DNA of 64,000 nt. It comes from Lytechinus pictus (lineage: Eukaryota). The stretch covers positions 14,014,001 to 14,078,000 of the forward strand of contig NC_087250.1 of assembly GCF_037042905.1 (NCBI RefSeq), written 5' to 3'. The notes under the pieces were generated by a model that saw nothing but the letters and a program-made list of their open reading frames with translations, was not told the DNA's origin and ran no database searches. How positions within the stretch are numbered: the first letter of the stretch is position 1; each line of letters opens with the position of its first letter. The translations under genes and the position numbers were made by a program. Below, piece by piece: positions 14,108 to 26,899 of the stretch.

Positions 14108-14320
14108 TTAATTCAGGTCTAGAGAATTGTACCTATCTAAGAAACACCCATACATTTGAATCCCTAATTCGCTACACATTTCAAAATCCATGCGGTTACC
14201 GTTACCACAGACACTAGTTTGCGAACCTAATATCCACTTGGACTAGCTGCAATGAGATATTGCTCTAAAGACTGAACAATAATAGTATCATTTACATTTT
14301 ACTATACGTATCACATTAAT

Positions 14321-14573
14321 CAGGGGTGGATCCAGGATTTTCCAGGGGGGGGGGGCACATTTTCCTGTGAAAAAACTGACAAGCAAAAAAAGGTTTCCAC
14401 CTATAATTTAAGGTAATTCGTCCACAAAAAATAATTAACAAGCAAAAAAAAAGTCCTCGCTTTAAAAAGGGGACACATTTGTGGTAGAACCGCATATATG
14501 TTTACAAATTTTTAACTGTGCCTCTCAAGGGATGGGGGGCACGGGCCAGTTGTGCCCCCTGGATCCGCCAGTG
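14321..14573. mobile_element. hAT-like MITE
   Basis: CAGGGGTGGATCCAGG ... CCTGGATCCGCCAGTG, flanks ACATTAAT / ACATCCAT (6/8 match). Confidence 0.65.
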
Positions 14574-15110
14574 ACATCCATATCTATTCATCATGATCCA
14601 TCATGATGTGGAAATAAAGAAAATGACTTTTAATCTATGACAAAATGTTTAGTTATTATTATTTTTTATCCAAGTTATATTATGCAAGTAGTTCGTAGTA
14701 GTCCCGAACTTGCCTTTTTCCGAGGGTCATGTAAACACATTGGTGTTCAAATGAAAAATCGTTGGGTTTGCATGTGAAGCGCTGTTTTGCTTAAGATCCT
14801 TTCATCACTCACTAATTTAAATCATTTTGGCAAGAAAATGCTTGAGTTTAATCATATAATCGACAAAGTACAGACCAAAAATGACGAAAAACAACATAGA
14901 TAATATCTTATCAGTTCTTATACCCCATCCGGTCAAGGCTAATAATAATGACTGATATGATGTAGCTTATCTTTATTATATTTACCTCTGTCATCTTCGG
15001 CTTTGCCATCTGTACCTCTGCCATTTTTACCTTTGCCATTTTTACCTCTGTCATTTTTACCTTTGCCATTATTACCTCTGCCATTTTTACCTTTGCCATT
15101 TTTACCTTAA

Positions 15111-15615
15111 AGGTCAAGTCCACCCCAGAAAATTGTTGATTTGAATCGATAGAGAAAAATCAAACAAGCAAATTTCATCGAAATCGGATATAAAATAAAA
15201 AACGTTATGACATTTTTAAGTTTCGATTATTTTTCACAAAATAGTTATATGCACAATTTAGTCACCTGTAAATGAGAGAGTCGATGATGTCCATCACTCA
15301 CTATTTCTTTTGTTTTTTATTGTTTGGATAATACAATATTTAAATTTTTACAAATTTGACAATAAGGACCAACTTAACTTAATCATAAACTGTTAAAATA
15401 ATGGTAATTCCACATGTTCAGGGAGAAATAAAACTTTGTTTCACTTTACAAGGAGGAGAAGATTAGAATATTTATGTTTTGTGAAATTAAGCGAAACTTT
15501 GAAATGTCATAACTTTCTTACTTTACATCCGATTTTGATGAAATTTTCATTTTTTTGCTCGTTGGATTTTTCTCCTTTTTTTCAAATCAACCTTTTGTTG
15601 GGGTAGACTTGTCCT
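15111..15615. mobile_element. Kolobok-like MITE
   Basis: TTAA-AGGTCAAGTCCACCCCA ... TGGGGTAGACTTGTCCT-TTAA, splitting the 15-bp array. Confidence 0.8.
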
Positions 15616-16043
15616 TTAAGTTTGCCATTATTACCTCTGGCATTTTTACCTCTGCCATTATTACCTCTGCCATTTTTACCTCTGCCATTATTACCTCTGC
15701 CATTTTTACCTGGCACCGCTTTGGCTAGGATCGTAACCGGTATAGGTAATAATGAATGTGGCTGCCTCACTTTACACGAGATGCTAAGTGACGAGTTTCG
15801 GTCCAGTTCGGAAGGGGGTTCGAAGAACAATGCACTCTTTAAAAATGTGATTCCAAACAGAAAGAATCTATATGACGATTCAATTTAATTTCAATGCTAT
15901 AGTGAAACATGAAGTAGAATACTACGAGAAAAAGAGAAAAAATAAAACATTCATTTTTTTTTCTGTTTCAGTGTTCTCTTATATAAAGGTTTCAGAAAAA
16001 TTATATCGCATTGATGATGTAATGAATAGTATTGTTTAGAATT

Positions 16044-16124
16044 TGGTTCCGCGGCCGGGGATCGAACCCCGGACTTTTCATGTAGGCTACAGTCAGGCGC
16101 CTTAGACCACTCGGCCACGGCACC
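16044..16124 (-). pseudogene. tRNA-like sequence (pseudogene or SINE-type head)
   Basis: Minus strand GGTGCCGTGGCCGAGTGGTCTAAGGCG...CCGGGGTTCGATCCCCGG-CCGCGGAACCA has an A box, B box and T-arm. The anticodon stem does not pair. Confidence 0.65.
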
Positions 16125-16859
16125 ACGGCACTTATTATAGTTATTCCCAATTACATATATTTATTCATATCATTAACTATTATTCCAATCAACAGACGAT
16201 ATTAGGAAAGAAAACAAATACATAATGCGACTTTAAACGATGACTACGTACTAGTAATGGTATGTCAACATTCGATTCTAATAACTACAAGTGAAACAAA
16301 CATAAATAAATTAAACAGACTACAAAAAAGAATTGAATTATAATAAACTAGTATTAAATAGATAAATTGATAATAAGTTCATCAATTACACAAGTGCCGA
16401 CTAAAGTGTGTAGAGACTACAGTGTAAAGATAGTATTACAGAATACATTACAATATATACACATTAATATTTCAACGCAGAAAAAATATACACTACACGA
16501 ACACAATAAACCAAAATCTGAACAATACTTAAATCAGACAAGAAGAGAAACAGTATATGTAAATGTGGGGGATCATTTAAAAAGTTAAAAAAAAGTAATG
16601 AAATACTCCAATTATGAGGTTTCCACCGAGGTTAGGAATTTCAATAAAGGAAATTTCACATACATGTATAACAAAAAATATAAAGATCACATCTGTTTGC
16701 AAAATCAACGACACTGCCATGTCTTTTACGACGGCCTAATCCGACATATCTGTAAATAATAATAAAAAAATATTCTGGTGCAGTGTTTTCTTATATTAAG
16801 GTTTCAGAAAAAGCAATTATATCGCATTGATGATGTAATGAATAGTATTGTTCAGATTT

Positions 16860-16940
16860 TGGTTCCGCGGCCGGGGATTGAACCCCGGACTTTTCATGTA
16901 GGCTACAGTCAGGCGTCTTAGACCACTCGTCCATGGCACC
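16860..16940 (-). pseudogene. Second tRNA-like copy
   Basis: Same sequence as 16044-16124 with a few substitutions in the A and B boxes. Confidence 0.6.
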
Positions 16941-17534
16941 ACGGCACTTATTATAGTTATTCCCAATTACTTATATTTATTCATATCATTGACTATTATT
17001 TCAATTAACAAACGATATTAGGAAAGAAAACAAATACATAATGCGACTTTAAACGATGACTACGTACTAGCAATGGTATGTCAACATTCGACTCTAATAA
17101 CTACAAGTGAAACAAATATGAATAAACTAAACAAACTACAAAAACAAATTGAATTATAACATACACTACACCAAAACAATATACCAAAATCTGCACAATA
17201 CTTAAATCAGACAAGAAGAGAAACAGTAAATGTAAATGTGGGGATCACTTAAAAAGTAACAAAGGTTATAAAATACTCTTATTATGAGGTTTCTACACAG
17301 GTTAGGAATTTCAATAAAGGAAATTTCACATACATGTATCAAAAAAAATATTAAGATCACATATGTTTACAAAATCAACGGCACCGCCGTGTCGTTTATG
17401 ACGGCCTAATCCAACATATCTATATATAATCTTTAAAAATATATTCTGGTGCAGTGTTCTCTTATATTAAGGTTTCAGAAAAAGCAATGATATCGCATTG
17501 ATGATGTAATGAATATGATAAGTCTATATTAATT

Positions 17535-17784
17535 CCCCCAACAGGGTCTAAGTTCATTGACCCTAAACGACGTTTGACCTTGGTCATGTGACCTGAAACT
17601 CAGGCGGAATGTTAAGTTATACTTGATCATCCTTATTTACAAGTTTCATGAACCGGGTTCACATAATTTCAAAGTTAAGATGACATTTCAAAAAACTTAA
17701 CCTTGGTTAAGATTTCAATGTTGACGATGCCGCCATCGAGAAAGTGGCGCTTTTAGTCTTGCTCTGTTATGCAAGCGAGACAAA
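17535..17784 (-). mobile_element. Truncated HINE/DINE-like (Helentron-associated) element, 5' part
   Basis: Ends in GCTCTGTTATGCAAGCGAGACAAAA, matching the ends of 21244-22225 and 39435-40579. Confidence 0.7.
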
Positions 17785-18458
17785 AATAAGAATACCAAAG
17801 AAATTGGAAAAAAATGCTAGAATTCATTAATATATTGATTGCATTGATTTTTGTATTTATTTTGTGATCTTTACATTGCATTAATAAATATGTAAATAAA
17901 GTCTCGTGTAAGAGGTTTAAAGAAAAAAAGTAACATACTTAAAGTGAAACTATCACTTCCTGCAGCCGCAGATAACTCTAATTCGTGAGGTCCCAGAAAA
18001 TTAACGCAAGGGATAATTCTTCTCAAAATTACAGTTACCATGAATACGTATATTGTGCAATATGGTAAGAGTACTACACGAAAAAGTGAACGATGATGAG
18101 TTTGCATTGGTGGAAAACTGACTAATTTGGATATCGCGATATCAAAGTGTCCGCTGAGCCTGTCCGCTTGCTTCAGGTTGGTCGATTTACCAGACGGAAA
18201 AAGGTGCGGTTTACTTTCTGGAAAATACGGTATATAAAGTACATTAAAACAAAGATTATTTCTGAATTAAAACATGTACTTGAATCAACAATAAATGTAA
18301 GGGCGGAAATCTCTCCCTGAAGGTAGGGGGGGGGGGGGACAAGGGGAGGATCCAGCTCCCGCCAATAGGGGGGGGGGGGCAAATTTTTTTCGCCCATATT
18401 CTCCTCGATCGGCTGCTCAAAGTTGATTTTTTTTTTGTTCCTTTGAAGGTGTTGTACC

Positions 18459-20375
18459 AGTGGCGTAATGAGCCAAACATTTTGAGGGGGCTCGATACGG
18501 CGTATCACGTAAAATTAATAAGAAGTTGCGAGCGAAGCGAGCGAGCAAAATTTTCAACATTTTTATTACAAAAATCAAAGTTTGTGATAGATTTTGACAT
18601 GACATTTGGAATATAATAGGCCTATATTCACCCTTATCCCTTTCCTTTTCTCTTTTTTTTCTTGGTCGTGAAAAATGGGGGGGGGGGGGGGGGGGGGACA
18701 AAACACCGATGTCCTAACAGTCACTTCTTAGCTTTATTCTTATAAAACAACTTAAAAAGTGTGATAAACTCATAAGCCCTATTTAAATAGTGCGATCGCG
18801 AAGCGCGAGCTGAACATTTTTGGAATTTCATGTATTTTGTCCTGAAAATTGAATATTCTGGGCAATGTTTGTGAATCTGAACAAGATGCGTATGTAACTA
18901 AATAATTACACTGCGAGCGGTTCTGGCTTGATCGGAAAGGGACCTGTTATGGACGTTTTGCAGTTAGCCATTAAAGACGATACATATTTTAACTATTAAA
19001 TAATGCGAGCGCGAAGCGTGAGCTGAATTTTTTTTGACATTCCGACCTAAAAAAATGACATTCTAAGCACTTTTTGTAATCATTATCAAACGGTATAGGT
19101 ATAAAACCAAACAATTAATGCGAGCGCTAAGCGCAAGCGGAAAATTGAGATTTCAGACCTAAAAATGAGACACTATTCATGTTTTGTAAATCAAGAAAAA
19201 AAGATGGGAAATTTTGCCTTTTCCTACATAAATAATGCGAGTGCAAAGCGCGAGCAGAAAATTTTAGATATTCTGATCTGAAACTGCATGATTTTAGCAC
19301 GTTTTGAATACAGATCAAGCTGCGTATATCTCAATAAACATGTGTGCGCGTGTTTTAGAGGTAGCAGAATCTGGGCATTCTAAATACATTCATTTGTTAT
19401 CATGAAAATCAATAATGCGAGCGCGAAGCGCCAGCGGAAAATACTTGATATTCCGGTATGAAAAGGGTGAATTTAAGCACTATCTAAAGCACTGTGTAGG
19501 GAAAATGTGAAGTGCTTATGGATAGCACTTGATAAATGATGCGAGTGCGAAGCGCGAGTTGATATTTTTATTACTATTTTGACCTGAGACCTGGACATTC
19601 TAGGCCTGAGGACATTTTGGCATCATATGAAAATGATGACTATCCTCCTATCCCTCTTCCTAAGCGCGATATGACACCTGTCGATATTCCCTCCTGAAAA
19701 AGGAACAATTTTGTTACTAGGAATTAATGAAAATTATATCTATCGTATTTATTAATATTAGAGTGAGTGAATTTTTTTGACATTGAGGCCTGAAAACTGG
19801 ATATTTTAAGCACTTATGTAATCATGAATAGGATTTATGAGTTGATATATTTTCAACAATAATGCTAGCGCAAATCGCGAGAAGAAATTTTTGAAAAACT
19901 GTCATAAAAGGGTAAGTAATTTGTTATAGAATTAATATATAAAGAATCTTATGGAATAAACAAAAACAATATGTAGGCCTACTTGGCAAATCAAATAATG
20001 CGAGCGCACAGCTCAAAAAGCTGCAAAAAAACGGACATTTTACAGAGCACTTAAAAAAATTCAATTTGTAAATCAAACAAAATAATGAAAGCTCGATGTC
20101 CGAGCTGAAATATGCATTGTATATTTCAAAACTTGATATTTTAAGCTACATATCAGCCTATTGAGCAAGATATGTATTTCATCGAACAGGCTATGCGAGC
20201 GTGAAGCGCGTGCGAAAATTTAATATAGTAACCTGAAATATATTTTCAAATAATTTTCCAAGTCTTCCCTTGACTTTATTTTATTCACTCGTCTCCCTCC
20301 TCTTATTTTCCTCTTCTTTTTCTTTTTTATTTCTTTCCCCCTTTTTTCAATTTTTTTGCTCCGCCAATAGGAGGG
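18459..20375 (+). mobile_element. Long non-autonomous element (hAT-like CAGTGGCGTA start) with periodic GCGAGCGCGAAGCGCGAGC motifs
   Basis: Colinear with 25190-26898, 60050-60620 and 62540-63790. The motif recurs roughly every 110-130 bp or multiples of that. Confidence 0.7.
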
Positions 20376-21243
20376 GGGCCCAAAAAGTAAGGTCATCTCC
20401 TCCAAAATACATGTATTATTTCGATTTTTAATGATGTATTTCTTTCCAATATAAAAGACAAAAAATAGTAGGAGGGACAATTGATATTGTGTCCCCCCTA
20501 CTATTTTGGGTAAGGGGGACGTGTCCCCCCTGGGATTTCCGCCCATGCATAAATGGAATGTACATTAAGAAACAACTGAAGTTCAAGTTTAAACATGACA
20601 TGTTTGTTAGCCAAACTGACATTACTTTCCAGAAGGCAAGAAGGATAAATTTTTCTTTCATTTTCAAACTTAAGGTACTATATTTAACATTAAAAAAACA
20701 TTCGTGATACCTTGGGTGTTGTCTCGCAGAACCTTCCGATGACGTATTTTGCTCCTTGGAAACTTTATTAAAAGTATAAAAGTATAAAATATAAACAGCG
20801 TTTTTACAAATCTTTTCTGTAGACATGGCTACATGAGTTGCTAGTACAAATAAAAAGTTCACATTTCTCAACATTAAAAATATTTAGAGTTTCTCCATTT
20901 TAATGCATATCTCAAATAGGTGCGCCTTGTGAATGGATAAGGCAGAACAAAATGGCGAAGACAACAAGCTAAAATTAGCATTGAGGACCTGAAAAATACT
21001 CAATCTAAAAGTGAAGTTTAAATGTCAAATTATAAATCAAACAATACTAGCTGGCTAGTATTCTCAACTTGAAATTTGGAGATCATAAGAAGGTGTCTTA
21101 ATATTTCCAAATTTCAAGTTGAGAATCCGCTGCTTTTAGGCATATAATCATTCTATTTTCATAAATGAGCAGTTACCCTGATGGTATTCAATAATGGCTT
21201 AATATAATAAACCAGAATTATACAGAATATAGCAAAGGGATAT

Positions 21244-22225
21244 AACAAGTAGAACGCCTCTGGTAGTCTTGCCTGCATTACGCAATTCGATAAAGCAGCA
21301 GTGCTGCCTTTGAAAACAGCTAATGAATAATTATTCATAGAAGAAAACACTATTAATAAAATAGTATGTCCATTGACCCAAAATGACCTTTGATCTTTGA
21401 CCATGATCATGTGACCTAAGACAAGTGAAAAACAATCATTCATACTTGATTACCCTTATGTCGATGTTTCATGAGCTAGATCCATAAACCTAAGTTATAA
21501 TAATAATAATACCAACATGCTTATATAGCGCATATCACTGCCAAATGCGTCCCTATTCGCTTAATTGGATATTATTACCCTGGCTTTAGCCTCGCAGCCT
21601 TTTACAGCGCGATGGCATTTCAAGGAATAAATTCCTGCCAGGTACCCATTTACCTCACCTGGGTCGAGTGCAGCACAATGTGGATGAATTTCTTGCCGAA
21701 GGAAATTACGCCATGGCTGGGATTCGAACCCACGACCCTCTGTTTCAAAGCCCGAAGACTAATCCACTGGGCCACAACGCTCCACGTTGTTATGATGCCA
21801 ATCCAACGCATGCTCCCAACACGGCCAGAGTTCATTGACTTTCAAATGACCTTTGATCTTGGCCATGTTCCTGAAACGCGCACAGGGTATTCACGGATAC
21901 ATTGCTGCTCTTGTGTCTCTTATGTCCAAGTTTCATTAACTAGACCCATAACTTTTAAATTTATGATGAAAGTTCCACAAATACCCCCAACATTACCAAA
22001 GTTTTTTTTACCCCAAATGTGACCTGAAACTCGCACAGGATGTTCAGTAATACTTGATTACCCTTATGTCCAAGTTTTATGAACTTGGTCCATATACCTT
22101 CTAAGTTATGATGACATTTCAAAAACTTAACCTTGGTTAAGATTTCAATGTTGACGACGCCAACGCCACTGTCACCGTCGGAAAAGCGGCACCTATAGTC
22201 TCGCTCTGCTATGCAGGCAAGACAA
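21244..22225 (-). mobile_element. HINE/DINE-like (Helentron-associated) element interrupted by a SINE
   Basis: Subterminal inverted repeat GTCTTGCCTGCAT / ATGCAGGCAAGAC, ~185-bp internal repeats, reverse complement of the 39435-40579 family. Confidence 0.75.
21497..21785 (-). mobile_element. tRNA-derived SINE
   Basis: Head GTGGAGCGTTGTGGCCCAGTGG...GGGTTCGAATCCC (A and B boxes), (TTA)n tail, short GTTAT duplication, inserted in the HINE. Confidence 0.85.
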
Positions 22226-22729
22226 ACATTGTGACCACCATCTTTTTAACAAAATAAAGAAATCTCGGCAGATCTACAGATCATGCACATTAAGAGGGTA
22301 TGAAAAATAGCATCATTAAGCATTTCGGCTTTCATGGGCTATCCTGTCAAGGTATTCTTCAATTTTATTGTAATCTCCTGTGATATTCTTGACGAATAAA
22401 ATCAATCAATCAATCAATCATTTATAACTTATAAAATACTTATGTATTTTATGGGCAGTTGTTGACTATTTTGCACATTAAAAGCACCAATGACTATGTT
22501 GCAATATGATATTTACACTATAATCCAATTGGCGTTCACATGATTCCTTAATCCACATTTAATTTCGAAAATTTAAATACGAGGATTTTCTTATTTACTA
22601 CATAACCGAAGAAATTTCCTTATTCAATGCCTTAATGTTCCACTTAAAGCTCACCATCCGAACAGTTATACAGCAAGTCTGCGCCAGCGCACAATCTCCC
22701 TATACGCTCATACCCCGCTCATTGCATTG

Positions 22730-23754
22730 AGCCCCTTTCACAATTTTCGTACGACCTGTTTACGACCGCCTGCAACAATATTTTCCTGTTGTTGCACGAT
22801 CGATCTCTTGGTGTCTTGCGAGCACTCGCAGTCGTTGTAGATGATCGCACGAACTCGAGGTGGTCGAGACTGGTCGCATCTGAACTTTGCCTGTTCAAAA
22901 TCCAAAGGCAATCGATTCACTCGCATCAGATCGCACCATCGATCTGGAGATCAGCGTGTGAGTGTTGTTCAACGTTGTACGACTTGATGCGAGAGGTGGC
23001 ACAACATAGTAGTCGCATTTAGTCGACTGGAGGTCGTACAACACTTGCACATGTGCTAGCGACCTATAGAGACTAGTCTTGCGACTGGGTGCGATAATAT
23101 ATAGGCCTTAAGACTATTGTAAGACCGATCGCAACACGGTTACAACATTGCACTACCGTTGCATTCACATGTATGCGACCTTTCCTCGGTGTTACAAAAT
23201 AGGAGTTTGAACATGTTCAAAATCCAAACGCGATCAAATACGATCGATTCACTCGCATCAGGTGGTACCATCGGTCGGGGTATCATCGTTTGAGTGTTGT
23301 TCAACGTTGTACGACTTGGTGCGAGAGGTGGCACAACAAAGTAGTCGCATTTACTCGACTGGAGGTCGTACAACACTTGAACATGTGCTAGCGACCTACA
23401 TGTACAGAGACCAGTCTTGCGACTGGGTGCGATGATATATAGGCCATAAGACTGTTGCAAGACCGATCGCGACGGCTTAATACAGCATTGCACTACCGTT
23501 GCATTCGCATGTATGCGACCGTTCCACTCGCAATTTTCTCGTGCAACACTCGCATGTGATCGCACGAGCACAATAAGAGCATATGCGACTTACTCGTGCG
23601 ACGGGGTTTACTGGTTCTTTTTGTTGTGCGACAGCTGTTGCATTTGTAAAAGCCTCTGTGCGATCTTATGAGATGACTAGCGATTGATGTCTGTTGCAGC
23701 CTGTCGCACGACCAAAAGTTCGCAATTGGTCGTACGTCAATTGTGAAAGGGGCT
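22730..23754. mobile_element. Non-autonomous TIR element (PIF/Harbinger-like) inserted in the outer DIRS right ITR
   Basis: AGCCCCTTTCACAATT ... AATTGTGAAAGGGGCT-TAA, ~330-bp internal tandem duplication, partial copy at 61433-61610 followed by TTA. Confidence 0.7.
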
Positions 23755-23989
23755 TAAGCAACTAAATTCTTCCTCGTGCTGAGCCTAATTGTTGCCACGC
23801 AAAGAGAGGGGCCGGTGGGAGGGAAATAAGGAGGTGTCTTCGGTTATCTAGTAAATAAGAAAATCATCGTATTTTCATGATTCACCACGATAATATCTGA
23901 CACCTCCTTATTCTATGCTAGACCAGCACGGACTCATTCGTGGGGGGGGGGGGGGGGGCGCAATTCTAAGCAAGTAAGAGCGCAAAACT

Positions 23990-24135
23990 AGGGAGACTAC
24001 GACACGGAGGCAACCGCCTTCATAGCCGAGGAGGCAAGAATCGCCTCTTCAAACGAAAAGTGATTAAGACGACGTGAAGGGTTGGCAGAATGCCAAAGGT
24101 GGCCTACTAAAATCGTCAAGTGGAATACCTCGAAA
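23990..24135 (-). pseudogene. Tyrosine recombinase C-terminal remnant (outer DIRS)
   Basis: FRGIPLDD... aligns to FQGIPVEDIMRAAFWRSANSFT of the inner YR and is frameshifted. Confidence 0.7.
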
Positions 24136-24699
24136 GGGTTTCACCAACGAACGTAGAGGGCAGCAACATACAGGGGGTGAAACTCCGCTTCTGCATGCGG
24201 TCAGACATGGAGAAAATTTTGGAGGGTCAAAAGTGCACACTTCTGTCATTTTTCATGTACAAGCCTAAGGAGACCGCAAACAATTTTCCTGTCATTCTAC
24301 TTCCTTTCCCACTTTTATCCGTATTTCTCTTGAAGAATATTTCCATTAACTGCTATTTGCTCTCATGATGTCACAGTAGCGTCATTACAATTCAGTACAG
24401 AGTGCAACATCTTGTGCCATTTCTGCATAACAAATTTTGGTAGCAATTTTTCATCACAAATTGGTAGTTAATAAATGAAAATTACCAAGATCAGATAATT
24501 TAATTGAAAATTAACATGTTTATTAAGGAATCCATTTTCTGAAACATTGAAAATAACATAACAATACTAATTAGAGTCTACCAAGCATTAGGTTATATTT
24601 AAAAAAAAAATGAAGGCAATGCATATCTAAAAAGGCTGTTTCTAGATGGGGTAGTATGGGGGATGTATCAAATATACAATTAAGTTAATAAAAAAATAC

Positions 24700-25165
24700 A
24701 TGTACATTAATTAACAGTAGAAGAAGGAATGTTAAGTTGCGTTGTAATATTACACTAGATGGAGAGGAATTGGAAGAAGTTGATGAAGCAACTTTTGTAG
24801 GTATAACAGTTGATAAGCATATGTCACGGAAAAGCCATATACGGACGATTAGCTCAAGTATACGTAAGAAAATAGGAATTTTGTTTCGATTACGACATTT
24901 TGTACCCAAATTTACTTTGATATTGTTATCTCACTTATGGCATTGAGGTGTGGGGGAGTACATACAAGAGCAGCCTGAATTGTATATATCTTTCCCCCAA
25001 AATGGCAGTGCGTGCAATTACCTTTAGTCAGTGGCAAGCTCATTCTCGCCCTTTATTTAATGATGTAAATATTCTTTATAATGTTTATGATTTGCATAAT
25101 CTATCAGCATATACCTTCATGTATGATTTGCGTAATAATAACCTACCTCACTCCTTAGCAGATTA
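24700..25165 (+). pseudogene. L2/CR1-type LINE ORF2 C-terminal fragment
   Basis: ITLDGEELEEVDEATFVGITVDKHMS..KKIGILFRLRHFVP..WGSTYKSSL..HSRPLF, the typical post-RT region. Confidence 0.8.
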
Positions 25166-25189
25166 TTATCGGGGCAAGCTTCCATAAGG

Positions 25190-26898
25190 AGCTGAAATTT
25201 TTACCTAAAGAATGGAAATTCTAAGCACTTTTTGTAACTTAACCAGAATATGACTAAACAATTGATGCAAGCGGAATATCCTGAGATTTAGACTTACTGA
25301 ACGAGACACTCTATTCATGTTTCGTAAATCATTGGGGATTTTCCTTACATTAATAATGCGAGCGCAAAGCACGAGTAGAAGATTTTTATATACGTTTTGA
25401 ACTGATCGAAAATGTACCTGTTAAGTACTGCTTGCAGTTAGCCACATATTTCAACAATCAAATAATGCGAGTGCGAAGCGCGAGCTGAAAAAAATGACAT
25501 TTCTACATAAAGAATGGAAAATTTCGATCAATTTTTGTAATTGTGAACAGGAAAGCTATATAACTAAACAATTGATGCGAGCGCGAAGCGCGAGCGGATT
25601 TTTTTTCGAGATTTAGACCTAAAAACTGGATACTCTAATAATGTTTTGTAAATCATGAAAAGAATGATCTGTAATAGGAGATCTTCCTACATGAATAATG
25701 CGAGCACAAATTTTTGATACTGGGATCTGAAACTGGATAATGATTTAAATAGAGAACAAGCTGAGTATCTGAATAAATATGCGCGCGCGTGTTTCATCTT
25801 TAGACCTAGAATGAAGGCATTCTAAATACATCTTTTATAATGAAAATCAAAGGGAGCACGAAGCGCGACCTTAAACTATTTGATATTCCAATCTGAAAAA
25901 GGAGTCAATTTCAGCTCTATATTTCAAGCACATTGTAGAAAAATTGTGAGGTGCATATGGATCGCACTTAATAAAGAGCTGATATTTTTCATTATAATTA
26001 CTTTGACATTTTTCATTATAATTACTTTGACATAGGACCGGGACATCCTTAGGACATCATATGAAGATGATTCCTCTTGCTAAGCGCGAGATGAAACAGA
26101 AGGGACAATTCAATTATTAAATTAATATCTTATTCATTAATGCCTAATGAGGGCGCGAAATCTGATGATATTATGGCCTGAAAACTGGACATTTCAAGCA
26201 CTTTTGTAATTATAAATAGGACGCATCAGTTAATACATTTTAACCATTAATGCGAGTGCAAATTACGAGCCTAATGTTTTATACACTGTCATGAGAAGGG
26301 GACTTTGAGTGGGTTGTTGTATAATCAATATTGAGACATACATAAATCGCCAATCAAAATGCGAGCGTGCAGTGCAGCTGATACGTTTTGACAATCAGAC
26401 CTGAAAAGGGATATTTTGCAAATTTTATATTTTAAACACGAAAATAATAGGTACCTGATAAATCAAATTTGCGAGCGCGCAGCGCGAACAGAAAATGTTA
26501 ATATTCAGACCATAAAACTGACATTTTTACAGAGCACTTTTTAAAAATCAATTTGGAAATCACACAAAATAATACAAGTTCGATTTCCGAGATGAAATAT
26601 GTTTTTTATATTGACTTCTAAACTTGATATTTAAACTCCATATTGAACAAGATATGAAAATCACGTAACAGGCAATGCGAGCGCGAGCGAAAATTTTATA
26701 TATAGTGACATGAAAGATTATTTTTATTTTCCAAGTCTTCCCCTAATACTATTTTATTCACTCGTCTTCCTCCTCTTCTTTTTTCCTCCTCTCTTTTCCT
26801 CCTTTTTTCTTTCTTTTTTCTTTTTTTATTCTTCTTTTGCTCCGCCAATGGGGGGGGGGGGGGGCCTGGCCCCTCGGGCCCCCCTGGATCCGCCTATG
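25190..26898 (+). mobile_element. Copy of the GCGAAGC-motif element family
   Basis: Colinear with 19030-20370. Ends CCCTGGATCCGCCTATG (hAT-like terminus). Confidence 0.7.
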
Positions 26899-26899
26899 C

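Larger units (their letters stand above)
12983..15718. mobile_element. Foldback element with 15-bp tandem arms (GGTAAAAATGGCAGA), containing three nested MITEs
   Basis: Array on + at 13000-13390, inverted at 14985-15106 and 15620-15712. Ends CGGTG / CACCG. 8-bp TSD CTCTGGCT / CTTTGGCT. Confidence 0.8.
15968..17515. repeat. Tandem ~670-810 bp unit (two copies plus a partial third start), each carrying a tRNA-like sequence
   Basis: CAGTGTT(C/T)TCTTATAT...GCATTGATGATGTAATGAATA recurs at ~15969, ~16781 and ~17452. The second unit has an internal deletion. Confidence 0.85.

Noticed and set aside
16044..16124. Functional tRNA-Tyr (GTA) gene
   Set aside because: The anticodon stem does not pair, the acceptor stem is mismatched, and there is no downstream terminator.
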